A DNA stretch of 43,062 bases from positions 1 through 43,062 of the forward strand of contig CAYPQL010000003.1 in the NCBI GenBank assembly GCA_964412905.1. The letters run 5' to 3'. Below are positions 1-8,690 of this stretch, in pieces; position 1 is the first letter of the stretch, and the number at the start of each line of letters is the position of its first letter. The notes beneath the pieces are model-generated. The model saw only the letters and a program-made list of their open reading frames with translations. It was not told where the DNA came from and made no database searches. The DNA comes from an uncultured Candidatus Saccharibacteria bacterium. GTDB lineage: Bacteria; Patescibacteriota; Minisyncoccia; JAHIHE01; JAGLIN01. The translations under genes and the position numbers were made by a program.

Positions 1-257
1 TATTCCACTGCGGCAAACTTAATTTATACCCATAGAAATGTCGGAAGAACCATAAAGTTTATAAAGTATTTAGTATCACGAGTGTTTGCATTTGCAGACT
101 TTCAACTTTATAACTTTACAAACTTTTAGCTTATGTTGTCCTTGAATTATTACCGGTTTGATGATAATATAAAGAGGAAGAAAAGAAGCGGGGCGGAAAT
201 AAATTATCCCAAATCCCAAATTACCAATTACAAATTTACAAATTTACAAATTACAAT

Positions 258-1550
258 ATGCTATACAAACTAAAACAAATTTTAAGAAAAATTATTCCTT
301 ACGGTTTCATTTTGTTCACTCATAAATTCAGGGCTGTTTTGGCGGCGGCGGCGTATGGTTTTCCGGGGAAAAAGATCAGGGCGATCGGGGTCGCGGGAAC
401 AAAAGGAAAGACGACGACAGCCAATATGATCGCGAAAATTTTGGAAGAGGGAGGGCATAAAGTTGCGATGCTTTCTACCGCGAATTTTCAAATTGGAGAA
501 AAAAAATGGCTGAACGATGTAAAGCTTACCACGACCTCGCCGTTTTATTTTCAGAAATTTCTGGCAAGAGCGGCCAAGGAAAAATGCGATTACGCGGTTG
601 TTGAAATTTCTTCGCACGGGATTATCCAATATCGGCACTGGGGCGTTCCGTATAAAACCGTCGTTTTGACGAATATGATGAGCGATCACCTTGATTATCA
701 CAAGACTTATGAAAATTATAAATATTCCCATAACGCTTTGATCACGCCTGATTTGGAAAATATAATTATAAATTATGATGATGAAAACCTGAGGAGCTTT
801 CTTGATTTTGTGACTCCAAATCAATATGCTTTCAGCTTAAAGGGATATAAAGAAGTTGAAGATGCCAAGCTAGTAAAAGCGGAAAAAATTGTTTTGGGCA
901 AAGACAGGCTGGAATTTGATATCGTAAGCAGCGAAGAAAGAGAAACCATAAAACTTTCGCTGATCGGCGAGTTTAATATTTATAATTCTCTGGCTAGCGC
1001 TTGCGTCGGGCTGGCGGAAGGAATAAGTCTGGAAAAAATAAAACAGGCGCTGGAATCCATAAAAAGTATTCCCGGCAGGTTGGAAAAAATTGACGAGGGG
1101 CAGGATTTTGAAGTTATCGTGGATTACGCCCATTCCCCCGATTCTTTGAAAACCGTTTATGGCGCGGTAAAGCCTGCGGTCAAAAATAGAATGATCGCGG
1201 TCTTGGGGGGAACGGGGGATCGGGATAAAACCTATCGCGCCAAAGGCGGGGCGCTTGCCGATGAATACGCGGACATAATTATTGTCACCAACGAAGATCC
1301 TTACAGCGAAGACCCCGAGAATATCATAGATCAAGTTCTTTCCGGAATTAAAAATAAAAAATTGGATGAAAATTTATTCAGAATGTCGGACAGGAAAAAG
1401 GCGATTGAGAAAGCCATAAATATGGCGAGCGAAGGGGATCTGGTGATTATAACCGGCAAAGGCGCGGAGCAATTTATGATTTGCGGCGAGAAAAAAATTC
1501 CTTGGGACGACAGGGAAATCGCGAGAGAATTTTTGAAGAAGATAAAATAA
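258..1550 (+). CDS. murE: Mur ligase family protein, MurE-like (UDP-MurNAc-L-Ala-D-Glu:diamino-acid ligase)
   Basis: 430-aa ORF. P-loop GVAGTKGKTTT, plus SSHGI..TNMMSDHLDYH, DYAHSPDSL, GGTGDRD and TNEDPYSEDP motifs typical of MurE. The N-terminal domain is short or absent. Confidence 0.7.
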   Translation: MLYKLKQILRKIIPYGFILFTHKFRAVLAAAAYGFPGKKIRAIGVAGTKGKTTTANMIAKILEEGGHKVAMLSTANFQIGEKKWLNDVKLTTTSPFYFQKFLARAAKEKCDYAVVEISSHGIIQYRHWGVPYKTVVLTNMMSDHLDYHKTYENYKYSHNALITPDLENIIINYDDENLRSFLDFVTPNQYAFSLKGYKEVEDAKLVKAEKIVLGKDRLEFDIVSSEERETIKLSLIGEFNIYNSLASACVGLAEGISLEKIKQALESIKSIPGRLEKIDEGQDFEVIVDYAHSPDSLKTVYGAVKPAVKNRMIAVLGGTGDRDKTYRAKGGALADEYADIIIVTNEDPYSEDPENIIDQVLSGIKNKKLDENLFRMSDRKKAIEKAINMASEGDLVIITGKGAEQFMICGEKKIPWDDREIAREFLKKIK

Positions 1551-1610
1551 TATCATAAGCTCATAATATTGAAATTTCTTAACAAAAAATTCACCCCATC
1601 GTCCTCGTCC

Positions 1611-1638
1611 TTGACACGATTTTTTGTTCTGCTATAAT
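1611..1638 (+). promoter_or_regulatory. Sigma70-type promoter TTGACA-N16-TATAAT with TGn extended -10
   Basis: TTGACA at 1611-1616, TG at 1630-1631, TATAAT at 1633-1638. No gene follows for about 330 nt other than the short leader ORF. Confidence 0.6.
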
Positions 1639-1685
1639 GCTTTTAGTTTGGTGAGTTTAATGTTCAGATATTTTTTTAAATAACC

Positions 1686-1748
1686 ATGAATTACATCCAA
1701 AACAACCGATTTTTCTTCTTTAGCTTTTTTAGCCGTCTCAAGCGATAG
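1686..1748 (+). CDS. Candidate Phe-rich leader peptide (MNYIQNNRFFFFSFFSRLKR) upstream of pheA
   Basis: 20-codon ORF between a consensus promoter and pheA. Six Phe codons fall within seven positions (1710-1730). No SD, but many genes in this window lack one. Confidence 0.5.
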   Translation: MNYIQNNRFFFFSFFSRLKR

Positions 1749-1774
1749 GTTGTTGTTTTAGTGTAATCTTACTT

Positions 1775-1810
1775 AAAAAAAACAATCCATCGCAAAGATG
1801 GTTTTTTTGT
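1775..1810 (+). terminator. Candidate attenuator terminator
   Basis: CCATC (1787-1791), loop GCAAA, GATGG (1797-1801), then T7. An A-run precedes it. GCGATAGG (1742-1749, overlapping the leader stop codon) can pair with CCATCGC as an alternative structure. Confidence 0.45.
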
Positions 1811-1836
1811 TGTCTTAGGCCAAAGCTTTTGATAGC

Positions 1837-1862
1837 GCTATGATAATATGAATTATCATAGC
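1837..1862. repeat. Palindromic element GCTATGATAAT-ATGA-ATTATCATAGC
   Basis: 11-bp perfect stem with a 4-nt loop. Same family as 2866, 12519, 13565 and 23341. Followed about 20 nt later by GGCCTGCGGC. Confidence 0.7.
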
Positions 1863-1963
1863 ATATAAAAAGTTCCGGCCTGCGGCAAAAAAAGTTCGCG
1901 GGGTAAGACTGATGTCTTATTTGAGATAGAAAAGTATATTGAAAACAAAAGGAGGGTATTACG

Positions 1964-2812
1964 ATGAACATTAAAAACATAGGTTTTTTTGGAGATTCTG
2001 GAAGTTTTACAGAACAAGCAGCAAAAAAGCATTTTAGCGATAAAAATATTTTTCTGCCATTTAATAGCGTAAATTCTTTGCTTCAAGCGCTTTTAGATAA
2101 GAAAATTCAAATAGCAGTATTGCCTTTTGAAAATTCTACTGAGGGAGTTGTAACTCCAACAATTGATGCTTTGCTTCGCAAGGAAAATGGTTTTGCTATT
2201 GTAGGCGAAATAGTTTTGCCAGTTGAACATTATTTGATTGGAGTTGGAAAAATAGATGAGATAAAAAAAGTAATATCTCATCCGCAAGCGATTGAGCAAT
2301 GTAATGTTTTTCTGCAAACCATTAATGCAGAACGAGAAAATTTTTCCAGCACAAGCGCTGCGGTAAAAAAAGTAGCAGAAGAGAATAATCCTAAAATTGC
2401 GGCGATTGGTTCTCTAAAAGCTTTTGAGTTTTATAAAAGTCAAAATTCTAATTTAAAAATTTTGGCTAAAAAAATTCAAACCGAGGAAAGTAATAAAACC
2501 AGATTTATTATTTTAGGTTTTGAAAAACCAAAACCAACAAATAAGGATAAAACTTCTCTGTTTTTTACCACAAAAAATAGACCATTGGCGCTGGTTTTGG
2601 CTCTTTTAAGTTTTGGATTATTAGGCATAAATATGACACATATTGAGTCTAGGCCTTCTAAGAAAAAACTTGGAGAATATGTTTTTTTTGCCGAAGTTGA
2701 AGGCAATCAAGGGAGTTTAAAAATGAAATTAGCGCTTAAATTATTAAAAATCAGCGCAACATTGAAAATTCTTGGTTCTTATCCAATTGCTAAACCAAAC
2801 GGGGAGGTGTAA
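1964..2812 (+). CDS. pheA: Prephenate dehydratase with C-terminal ACT domain
   Basis: 282-aa ORF with the signature TRF (NKTRFIILG) and ESRP (THIESRPSKK) motifs. Strong SD AAGGAGGG lies 8 nt upstream of the ATG. Confidence 0.9.
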   Translation: MNIKNIGFFGDSGSFTEQAAKKHFSDKNIFLPFNSVNSLLQALLDKKIQIAVLPFENSTEGVVTPTIDALLRKENGFAIVGEIVLPVEHYLIGVGKIDEIKKVISHPQAIEQCNVFLQTINAERENFSSTSAAVKKVAEENNPKIAAIGSLKAFEFYKSQNSNLKILAKKIQTEESNKTRFIILGFEKPKPTNKDKTSLFFTTKNRPLALVLALLSFGLLGINMTHIESRPSKKKLGEYVFFAEVEGNQGSLKMKLALKLLKISATLKILGSYPIAKPNGEV

Positions 2813-2843
2813 ATAAAAAAATTACATCTCCCAATTTTTTTTT
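2802..2843 (+). terminator. Intrinsic terminator of pheA
   Basis: GGGAGGTGTAA pairs with TTACATCTCCC (one G-T pair), followed by AATTTTTTTTT. Confidence 0.7.
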
Positions 2844-2865
2844 CGCTTCAGACAAAAGTTCTAAT

Positions 2866-2893
2866 CACTATGATAGTATAAATTATCATAGCG
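2866..2893. repeat. Palindromic element CACTATGATAGT-ATAA-ATTATCATAGCG
   Basis: Second copy of the 1837 palindrome family. Again followed by CGCCTGCGGC about 25 nt downstream. Confidence 0.65.
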
Positions 2894-3180
2894 CGACAAA
2901 ATTAAAATTTTCGCCTGCGGCTGAAAACCTTTTTATTTGATTTATCGGATAATTTTGGCATACTTAAAACAAAATTAAAAAATAACACAAAACCCATACA
3001 TAAATTTATGGAACCAACTCAAAAATCTAATTAGGAAATTGAAACCAACTCCTCAGACATTTCTATGTTAAAATGTTAGCATGTTAAAATGTTTATATGA
3101 TCCGTCCTTGTCATATAATTAAAAAGTTGTATAATGGAAATAAAGCGTGATTTAGCGCGTTAGTTTTAAGGTTATATTAT

Positions 3181-3759
3181 ATGTCCGAGATTTTAGAAAA
3201 TCTATTCCATTCCAAAGCAGAGGTTAAAATTTTGCGCCTTTTTTTGAACAATCCCGAGGATGGATATCTTGCTTTTGAGATTGCCAAAAAAATCAAAACA
3301 TCGGCGCCGGCGGCGCGCAGTGAAATTAATAATTTATCAAAAATAAAATTTCTGATCAAGCGCAAAAAATCAGACAAGACATATTTTTATGTCAATCAAA
3401 GTTTTGTCTTCTATGACGAACTTAAAAAATTAATCTTCAAATCAAATCCCACTTCCGTTGACAAAATCGCCTCGCAGGTAATGAAACTGGGGCAGATAAG
3501 ATTCATGCTGGTCTCGGGGGTTTTTTTAAATTCCGACAAAGGGAAAGTTGATATCTTGATCGTCGGCGAGCATATAAACAGAAGCAAGCTGAAAAACTTT
3601 CTTTCAAATGTTGAAGCGGAAGTCGGCAGGGGAATAAATTATGTCTGCATGAGCACGGACGAGTTCCGCTACAGAAAAAATATGTTTGATAAATTCATAA
3701 TTAATATTTTTGAAAGTCCGCACCAAATCTTGATAGACAAAATAAAAAAAGATGTTTAA
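3181..3759 (+). CDS. Putative winged-helix DNA-binding protein
   Basis: 192-aa ORF. The N-terminal ~70 aa look like an ArsR/MarR-type wHTH (KILRLFLNNPEDGYLAFEIAKKIK..). The C-terminal domain is not recognised. Confidence 0.4.
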   Translation: MSEILENLFHSKAEVKILRLFLNNPEDGYLAFEIAKKIKTSAPAARSEINNLSKIKFLIKRKKSDKTYFYVNQSFVFYDELKKLIFKSNPTSVDKIASQVMKLGQIRFMLVSGVFLNSDKGKVDILIVGEHINRSKLKNFLSNVEAEVGRGINYVCMSTDEFRYRKNMFDKFIINIFESPHQILIDKIKKDV

Positions 3760-3838
3760 ATGTGTTTTTAGAATTAACGAATTAACGAATTACGGATTAA
3801 CGGATTGAATATGCTAATTCATTTGAATTACAAAATAA

Positions 3839-3986
3839 CTTTGTCATTCTGAACTTGTCAGCCTATGGCTGATCTGCCAAAGGCATGATTTCAGAATCTA
3901 TTGGATTATAGGCTTTGTCTGTGGCTTATTTCACAAACATAGACATAGCAGAAAAAAGATCCTGAAATAAATTCAGGATGACAAAT
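3839..3986. repeat. Composite palindromic element with TTGTCATTCTGAA / TTCAGGATGACAA termini
   Basis: The left unit is TGTCATTCTGAA...TTTCAGAATCT (3842-3900). The right unit, AGATCCTGAAATAAATTCAGGATGACAAA (3957-3985), is its inverted counterpart. Confidence 0.6.
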
Positions 3987-4040
3987 AAGAGAATTTAAAA
4001 TCATAATACTAAAAAAACTATAAATTTATAAAAAATAAAT

Positions 4041-5798
4041 ATGGACGATCTTAATCAAAACAAAATTTACATAAGAGTGGACGAAGAAATTCCGTCCATT
4101 GTTAATAAAATAAAAAAATGCGCGGGGAGAGAAATAACCTTGATTATTCCCAGAAACGCGTTCATTTTGAATAATGTGATAAATTTAAAAATACTCAAGA
4201 AAGAAGCCGAGGGGCTGGATAAAAATATTTCGGTAATAACGGCTGATGACGGCGCTCCGATCAAAAATGAAAATATTTTCAGAGAAAGCGTAAAATATCC
4301 GAAAAGAAAAGCTGTTAGCTCTATTGTGAAAAATAATGAATTTTCAAAATTAGAAAAAGACAATGAGGCTGGTGATTTATTGGGTAAAAACAGCGAGCTT
4401 GACAGACCTTCTTTTGATGATAAAAATAGTGAAGCGGGAATAGCTCACAAAAAAATTGTAATGGTTGATGTTGTGAAAAAGGAGGTTCGCGAGCCTGAAG
4501 AGAAAAAAATATTCAATGAAAACTCATTTGAAAAACAGCAAGAAAATTTTGAAAAAATCAGCGCCACGGATGATAAGGCGCGCGAGAAAGAAAGATTCAT
4601 AAAACCTCTAAAAACCAAAAAAAGAACCATAACTCTTCCGTCAATAAGTTCAAAGATCGCGGCCCTGTTTATTTTCACAAGTTTTGTCGCGGTGTCTTTG
4701 GCGGTGGCGTTTATTCTTCCCAAAGCGGACATAGCCATTTCCCTAAAAACGGAAATCGCGCCTTATGATTTTGAATTCATAGCCGATGAGTCTTTGGAAA
4801 AAATCGATGCCGTCAACAGCAAAATTCCCTTGCAAAAAATAGAAGTTGCCAGCGAAGAATCCGAAACTTATCCTGCTACGGGGAAAAAACATATGCAAGA
4901 AGCGGCAAGCGGAGAAATCACGGTGTTTAATGAATATTCATCCACTCCCCAAAGAATCGTGGCTACCACGAGATTTTTATCCAAAGAAGGCGACAAGCTT
5001 TTTAGGACCAATGAAGCGGTAACTATTCCAGGGTTTTCAAGAGTGGAAGGAGTGGATGTCCCCGGACAAGTTACCATAAAAATTTACGCCGACAAGCCGG
5101 GAGAAGATTATAATATCGCGCCCACTTCTTTCAGCCTGCCCGGCTTGCAAGGATCGCCGAAATATAATTCCATTTACGCCCGATCAACCAAGGCGATGTC
5201 CGGCGGAATAGACAAGGAAGTTTTGTATTTCTCGGAAGGAGATTATATAACCGCCAAAGAAAAACTTTTAAAATTGGCCGGAGAAAAAAATGAAAAAGAT
5301 TTTTTGAGCAAAATTTCCGACCAATCTCAAATATTAGAAGACACGAAAAAAGAAGAAGAGCCTGAAATCAATACTAATGTTAAAATGGGAGCCGTCGCTG
5401 ATAATTTCCGGATGAATGTAAAATTAACAACTAGCGCCAATTTGATGCTGGAAGCTGATCTAAATGAAATTATAAATGAAAAACTAACTTCAAGGCTGGC
5501 GACGGATAAAAAATTTCTGGAAAATGGCAGAGATTATCAACTTGGCAAAATTACGACAGATCAAGACGGCAAAGTAATTATTCCGGCGCATATCAATCAA
5601 AAATTGATCACGAAAATTGACGCTGAAAATTTGAAAAAGGAAATAGCCGGCAAAAGCGAAGCGGAATTAAAAACTTATTTCGGCAATATGAGCGGAATAG
5701 AATCTGCGAATATAAATCTTTGGCCTTTCTGGGTTAAAAGCATCCCTTCCTCATATGAGAAAATAAATATAACTATTGACATAAATAATTCTATGTAG
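4041..5798 (+). CDS. Hypothetical protein with one central transmembrane helix
   Basis: 585-aa ORF with a charged N-terminal half, a hydrophobic segment (AALFIFTSFVAVSLAVAFIL) and a large C-terminal domain. Family not recognised. Confidence 0.6.
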   Translation: MDDLNQNKIYIRVDEEIPSIVNKIKKCAGREITLIIPRNAFILNNVINLKILKKEAEGLDKNISVITADDGAPIKNENIFRESVKYPKRKAVSSIVKNNEFSKLEKDNEAGDLLGKNSELDRPSFDDKNSEAGIAHKKIVMVDVVKKEVREPEEKKIFNENSFEKQQENFEKISATDDKAREKERFIKPLKTKKRTITLPSISSKIAALFIFTSFVAVSLAVAFILPKADIAISLKTEIAPYDFEFIADESLEKIDAVNSKIPLQKIEVASEESETYPATGKKHMQEAASGEITVFNEYSSTPQRIVATTRFLSKEGDKLFRTNEAVTIPGFSRVEGVDVPGQVTIKIYADKPGEDYNIAPTSFSLPGLQGSPKYNSIYARSTKAMSGGIDKEVLYFSEGDYITAKEKLLKLAGEKNEKDFLSKISDQSQILEDTKKEEEPEINTNVKMGAVADNFRMNVKLTTSANLMLEADLNEIINEKLTSRLATDKKFLENGRDYQLGKITTDQDGKVIIPAHINQKLITKIDAENLKKEIAGKSEAELKTYFGNMSGIESANINLWPFWVKSIPSSYEKINITIDINNSM

Positions 5799-5867
5799 TA
5801 GACTGGTCAAGTGATTGGCTGGCAGTGAGGTTGAATGGAAATAATTTAAGAAGTAAAACATAAATAG

Positions 5868-5897
5868 ACCGGCTAGCGGCGCTAGTGGTTGTTTTAT
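5868..5897 (+). terminator. Probable intrinsic terminator
   Basis: GC-rich palindrome CCGGCTAGCG-G-CGCTAGTGG followed by TTGTTTTATTT. Confidence 0.45.
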
Positions 5898-5962
5898 TTA
5901 CTGGCTAAAAAACATTTAAACATATAAACAATTTAGTATTTTTTTAAAAATAGGTTTATCTT

Positions 5963-6172
5963 ATGAAAGAAATAGTGCAGGTGGAAGGGGTTGTCACAGA
6001 AACTTTGCCTGGAACAAAATTTAAAGTTAAAATTGACGATAACCATGAGCTGTTAGCTCATATTTCGGGCAAAATGAGAATGAATTATATAAAGATATTG
6101 CCCGGAGACAAAGTTATCGTTGAAATGAGCCCCTATGATTTGACCAAAGGCAGAATTGTGCGAAGGGGATAG
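5963..6172 (+). CDS. infA: Translation initiation factor IF-1
   Basis: 69 aa. S1-like signature [47 protein letters not shown]. Confidence 0.95.
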   Translation: MKEIVQVEGVVTETLPGTKFKVKIDDNHELLAHISGKMRMNYIKILPGDKVIVEMSPYDLTKGRIVRRG

Positions 6173-6209
6173 TTTTTAAATTTTAAAATAAGAAAATAAA
6201 TATAAGAAA

Positions 6210-6323
6210 ATGAAAGTAAGGACATCTATAAAGAAATTTTGCGAGAAATGCAAGATAGTAAGGAGAAAAGGGAAAATTTATGTTACTTGCGAAAACCCGA
6301 AGCATAAACAGCGGCAGGGGTAG
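6210..6323 (+). CDS. rpmJ: 50S ribosomal protein L36
   Basis: Not in the supplied ORF track. My own translation is [37 protein letters not shown], the canonical L36 zinc-ribbon pattern, in the expected infA-rpmJ-rpsM position. Confidence 0.9.
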   Translation: MKVRTSIKKFCEKCKIVRRKGKIYVTCENPKHKQRQG

Positions 6324-6390
6324 AAGCGCAAGGTCTTAGTGTTTGTCTGTGTATTTTTTATGCTTTTAACTTTTAGTTTATAAATCAAAT

Positions 6391-6465
6391 AGTATTTAGT
6401 ATATAGTATTAAGTATTAAGCTGAACTATGATATACTAAATACTTAATACTAAATACTTAATACT
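6391..6465. repeat. Inverted arrays of AGTATTTA/AGTATTAA words (long imperfect hairpin)
   Basis: The left arm (6391-6420) is complementary to the G-free right arm (6431-6465), which ends 5 nt before the rpsM ATG. Confidence 0.7.
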
Positions 6466-6470
6466 AATTT

Positions 6471-6857
6471 ATGCCAAGAATTTTAGGAGTTAATATACCG
6501 GAAGAAAAAAGAATAGAATTCGCCCTTACATATTTGAAAGGCATCGGCGTTTTTTCGAGCAGAAAAATTTTGGAAGAGGCCGGCATTGATTTTAATAAAA
6601 GAGCGAGAGAAATCACATCCGAAGAAGTCGGCAAAATCCAGAAAATAATTGAGAAGAAATATAAAGTTGAGGGAGAGTTGACGAGAATTGTTATGATGAA
6701 CATAAAAAGGCTCAAAGAAATCGGAAGTTATAGGGGAACAAGGCATATAAAAGGTCTTCCTACCAGAGGACAAAGAACAAAAACTAATAACAGAACTGTG
6801 CGGGGCAATGTCAGAAAAACAGCCGGAAGCGGAAAGGTAAAAACTGAAAAGACATAA
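6471..6857 (+). CDS. rpsM: 30S ribosomal protein S13
   Basis: 128 aa. MPRILGVNIP..YRG.RH..GLP.RGQRT.TN.RT pattern. Confidence 0.95.
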   Translation: MPRILGVNIPEEKRIEFALTYLKGIGVFSSRKILEEAGIDFNKRAREITSEEVGKIQKIIEKKYKVEGELTRIVMMNIKRLKEIGSYRGTRHIKGLPTRGQRTKTNNRTVRGNVRKTAGSGKVKTEKT

Positions 6858-7115
6858 TTAGAATTTAGAATTTGGAATATTGAGCGGATCACTGCTTATA
6901 TCATTCCCATGAGAGTAAAAGACCCTCGCCTATAATCGCCGGATGTCCCGATGTTCAAGTTATGAAATATCAAACATTTGAAGAAATAAAAAAGATGATT
7001 GATGATTTTTTCAAAATTAATTTTAAATAAACTATTTTCCGCTATTAATAAGAATAGACTTCAGCGAGTGGATAAATTAAAATATATTCTAAATTCTAAA
7101 TTCAATATTCTAATT
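6858..7115. repeat. Expanded rpsM-rpsK spacer bounded by inverted TTAGAATT word arrays
   Basis: The C-free arm TTAGAATTTAGAATTTGGAATATT (6858-6881) is complementary to the G-free arm AATATATTCTAAATTCTAAATTCAATATTCTAATT (7081-7115). A ~200-nt GC-richer core lies between them. Confidence 0.7.
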
Positions 7116-7122
7116 AAAATAT

Positions 7123-7563
7123 ATGGGAAAAAGAAGAGTGATAACAATTGGGAATAAGGAAAAAGGAGATCCGAAAGCTTCAAAAGCCGGAATGCCTAAA
7201 AAAGCCAAGAGAAAAAACATAGCCAAAGGGCAAGTTCATATTAAGTCAACTTATAATAATACAATTATCACGCTGACAGATTTGAATGGTAATGTAATCG
7301 CTTGGTCAAGCGCCGGACTTTTGGGATTTAAGGGGGCGAAAAAAGCGACGCCATACGCCGCGACCAGTATTATGGGATCGCTTCTGGAAAAAAACAAGAA
7401 AGTCGGCCTCCGAGAGGTTGAAGTTTTTGTAAAAGGAATCGGCAGCGGAAGAGAGTCCGCGGTTCGAGCGATCGCTTCCAACGGCATTGATATTATTTCC
7501 ATAACCGATACGACTCCGATCCCGCATAATGGTTGCAGGCCGCCGAAGCCAAGGAGGATATAA
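7123..7563 (+). CDS. rpsK: 30S ribosomal protein S11
   Basis: 146 aa. [17 protein letters not shown]...WSSAG..GFKG.KK.TPYAA pattern, with a Lys-rich N-terminal extension. Confidence 0.95.
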   Translation: MGKRRVITIGNKEKGDPKASKAGMPKKAKRKNIAKGQVHIKSTYNNTIITLTDLNGNVIAWSSAGLLGFKGAKKATPYAATSIMGSLLEKNKKVGLREVEVFVKGIGSGRESAVRAIASNGIDIISITDTTPIPHNGCRPPKPRRI

Positions 7564-7568
7564 ATATA

Positions 7569-7777
7569 AAATTTTCAATTTTCAATTTCTAATTTTCAAT
7601 CAATTTCCAATGACTGAATGTTTAATGTAGTTATGACATCGGGAGTAAGTTTTATCTTTTTTGAAAACATTGTTTTTTAGAAAAAAGTTTGAAAATTGTA
7701 AAATTGAAAATTCAATGTCCGCCTTCTGCGGATCCACCATAGGTGGAAAAATTGAAAATTAGAAATTGAAAATTAAT
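7569..7777. repeat. Expanded rpsK-rpsD spacer with inverted AAATTTTCAATTT word arrays
   Basis: The G-free arm (7569-7608) is complementary to the C-free arms at 7691-7713 and 7745-7777. The small hairpins CCGCCTTCTGCGG and TCCACCATAGGTGGA sit between the right-hand arms. Confidence 0.7.
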
Positions 7778-7852
7778 AACACAATCAAGCTCCACGAGAC
7801 TGATGCCGCAATTAAGCTGGCGAATTAACTAAAAAATTAAAAAATATATAAT

Positions 7853-8479
7853 ATGGCAAGAGATTTAGGTCCGAAGTGCAAAAAATGCAGAAGAGAGGGG
7901 AAGAAGCTTTTTATAAAAGGGGAGCGTTGTTTTGGCGTAAAATGCGCTATGATAAAAAGGCCTTATGCTCCGGGCCAGCATGGGCAGGCGAGAAGAATGG
8001 GCTTGTCCGAATATGGCATTCAGCTTAGGGAAAAGCAAAAAGTTAAAAGAATTTACGGCGTCTTGGAAAGGCAATTCAGAAAATATTACGAAATGGCCAG
8101 CCGCGTGCGCGGCAATACGGGAGTTTTGCTCTCAACTCTTCTAGAAAGAAGATTGGACAATGTCGTTTATCGCCTCGGTTTGGCAAGCTCCAGAAATCAA
8201 GCCAGACAGCTTGTCAATCACGGGCATATTTTATTAAACGGAAAAAAAGTGGACATACCTTCATTTTCAGTAAAAGAAGGAGATGTCATATCGCTTAAAA
8301 AAAGCCAAGGAAATTATTTTGAAGATTTAAAAAATATATTAAAAAACCATCAAGCGCCGTCATGGCTGTCTCTGGATGTTCAAAAAGTTCAAGGCAAAGT
8401 CGTTTCCAATCCCGTCTTGAGCGAAATCGACACGGGCACGGATATCTATCTGATTGTTGAATATTATTCCAAATCATAA
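7853..8479 (+). CDS. rpsD: 30S ribosomal protein S4
   Basis: 208 aa. Zinc-finger-type N-terminus (CKKCRREG..C..KC), YG.QLREKQK..R.YG and an S4 domain (RLDNVVYRLG.A.SR.QARQLV.HGHI..NG..V). Confidence 0.95.
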   Translation: MARDLGPKCKKCRREGKKLFIKGERCFGVKCAMIKRPYAPGQHGQARRMGLSEYGIQLREKQKVKRIYGVLERQFRKYYEMASRVRGNTGVLLSTLLERRLDNVVYRLGLASSRNQARQLVNHGHILLNGKKVDIPSFSVKEGDVISLKKSQGNYFEDLKNILKNHQAPSWLSLDVQKVQGKVVSNPVLSEIDTGTDIYLIVEYYSKS

Positions 8480-8570
8480 TCATAGAAAAATTTCAAAATC
8501 CAAATTATTTCAAATTGTTCCAAATCAAATCCAAAGTCAAAATAACATAGGACTCATTAACCAGCTTAAA

Positions 8571-8690
8571 CTTGTCATCCCGAGCGTAGCCGAGGGATCT
8601 ACAGTCTCAGTCATTTCTTCGTATACAGATTTCTCGCGAGGCGCTCGAAATGACAGTTCTCGGACAGTCTCTCGCTTCGCTCAATTTCGG
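8571..8690. repeat. Composite palindromic element (TGTCATCCCGAGCG...CGCTCGAAATGACA family)
   Basis: The 30-nt unit CTTGTCATCCCGAGCGTAGCCGAGGGATCT (8571-8600) has an inverted copy at 8628-8657 and a third, degenerate unit at 8660-8690. Confidence 0.6.

Noticed and set aside
6962-7030. 22-codon ORF (MKYQTFEEIKKMIDDFFKINFK) in the core of the rsM-rpsK spacer
   Set aside because: It has no SD, no second copy and no recognisable family. In AT-rich sequence, short ORFs of this size arise by chance.
6858-7777. Possible CRISPR arrays, because of regularly repeated short sequences in spacers
   Set aside because: The repeat units are only 7-9 nt, degenerate and contiguous, with no unique spacers of 25-40 nt. 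They occur as inverted arms, and no cas genes are present.
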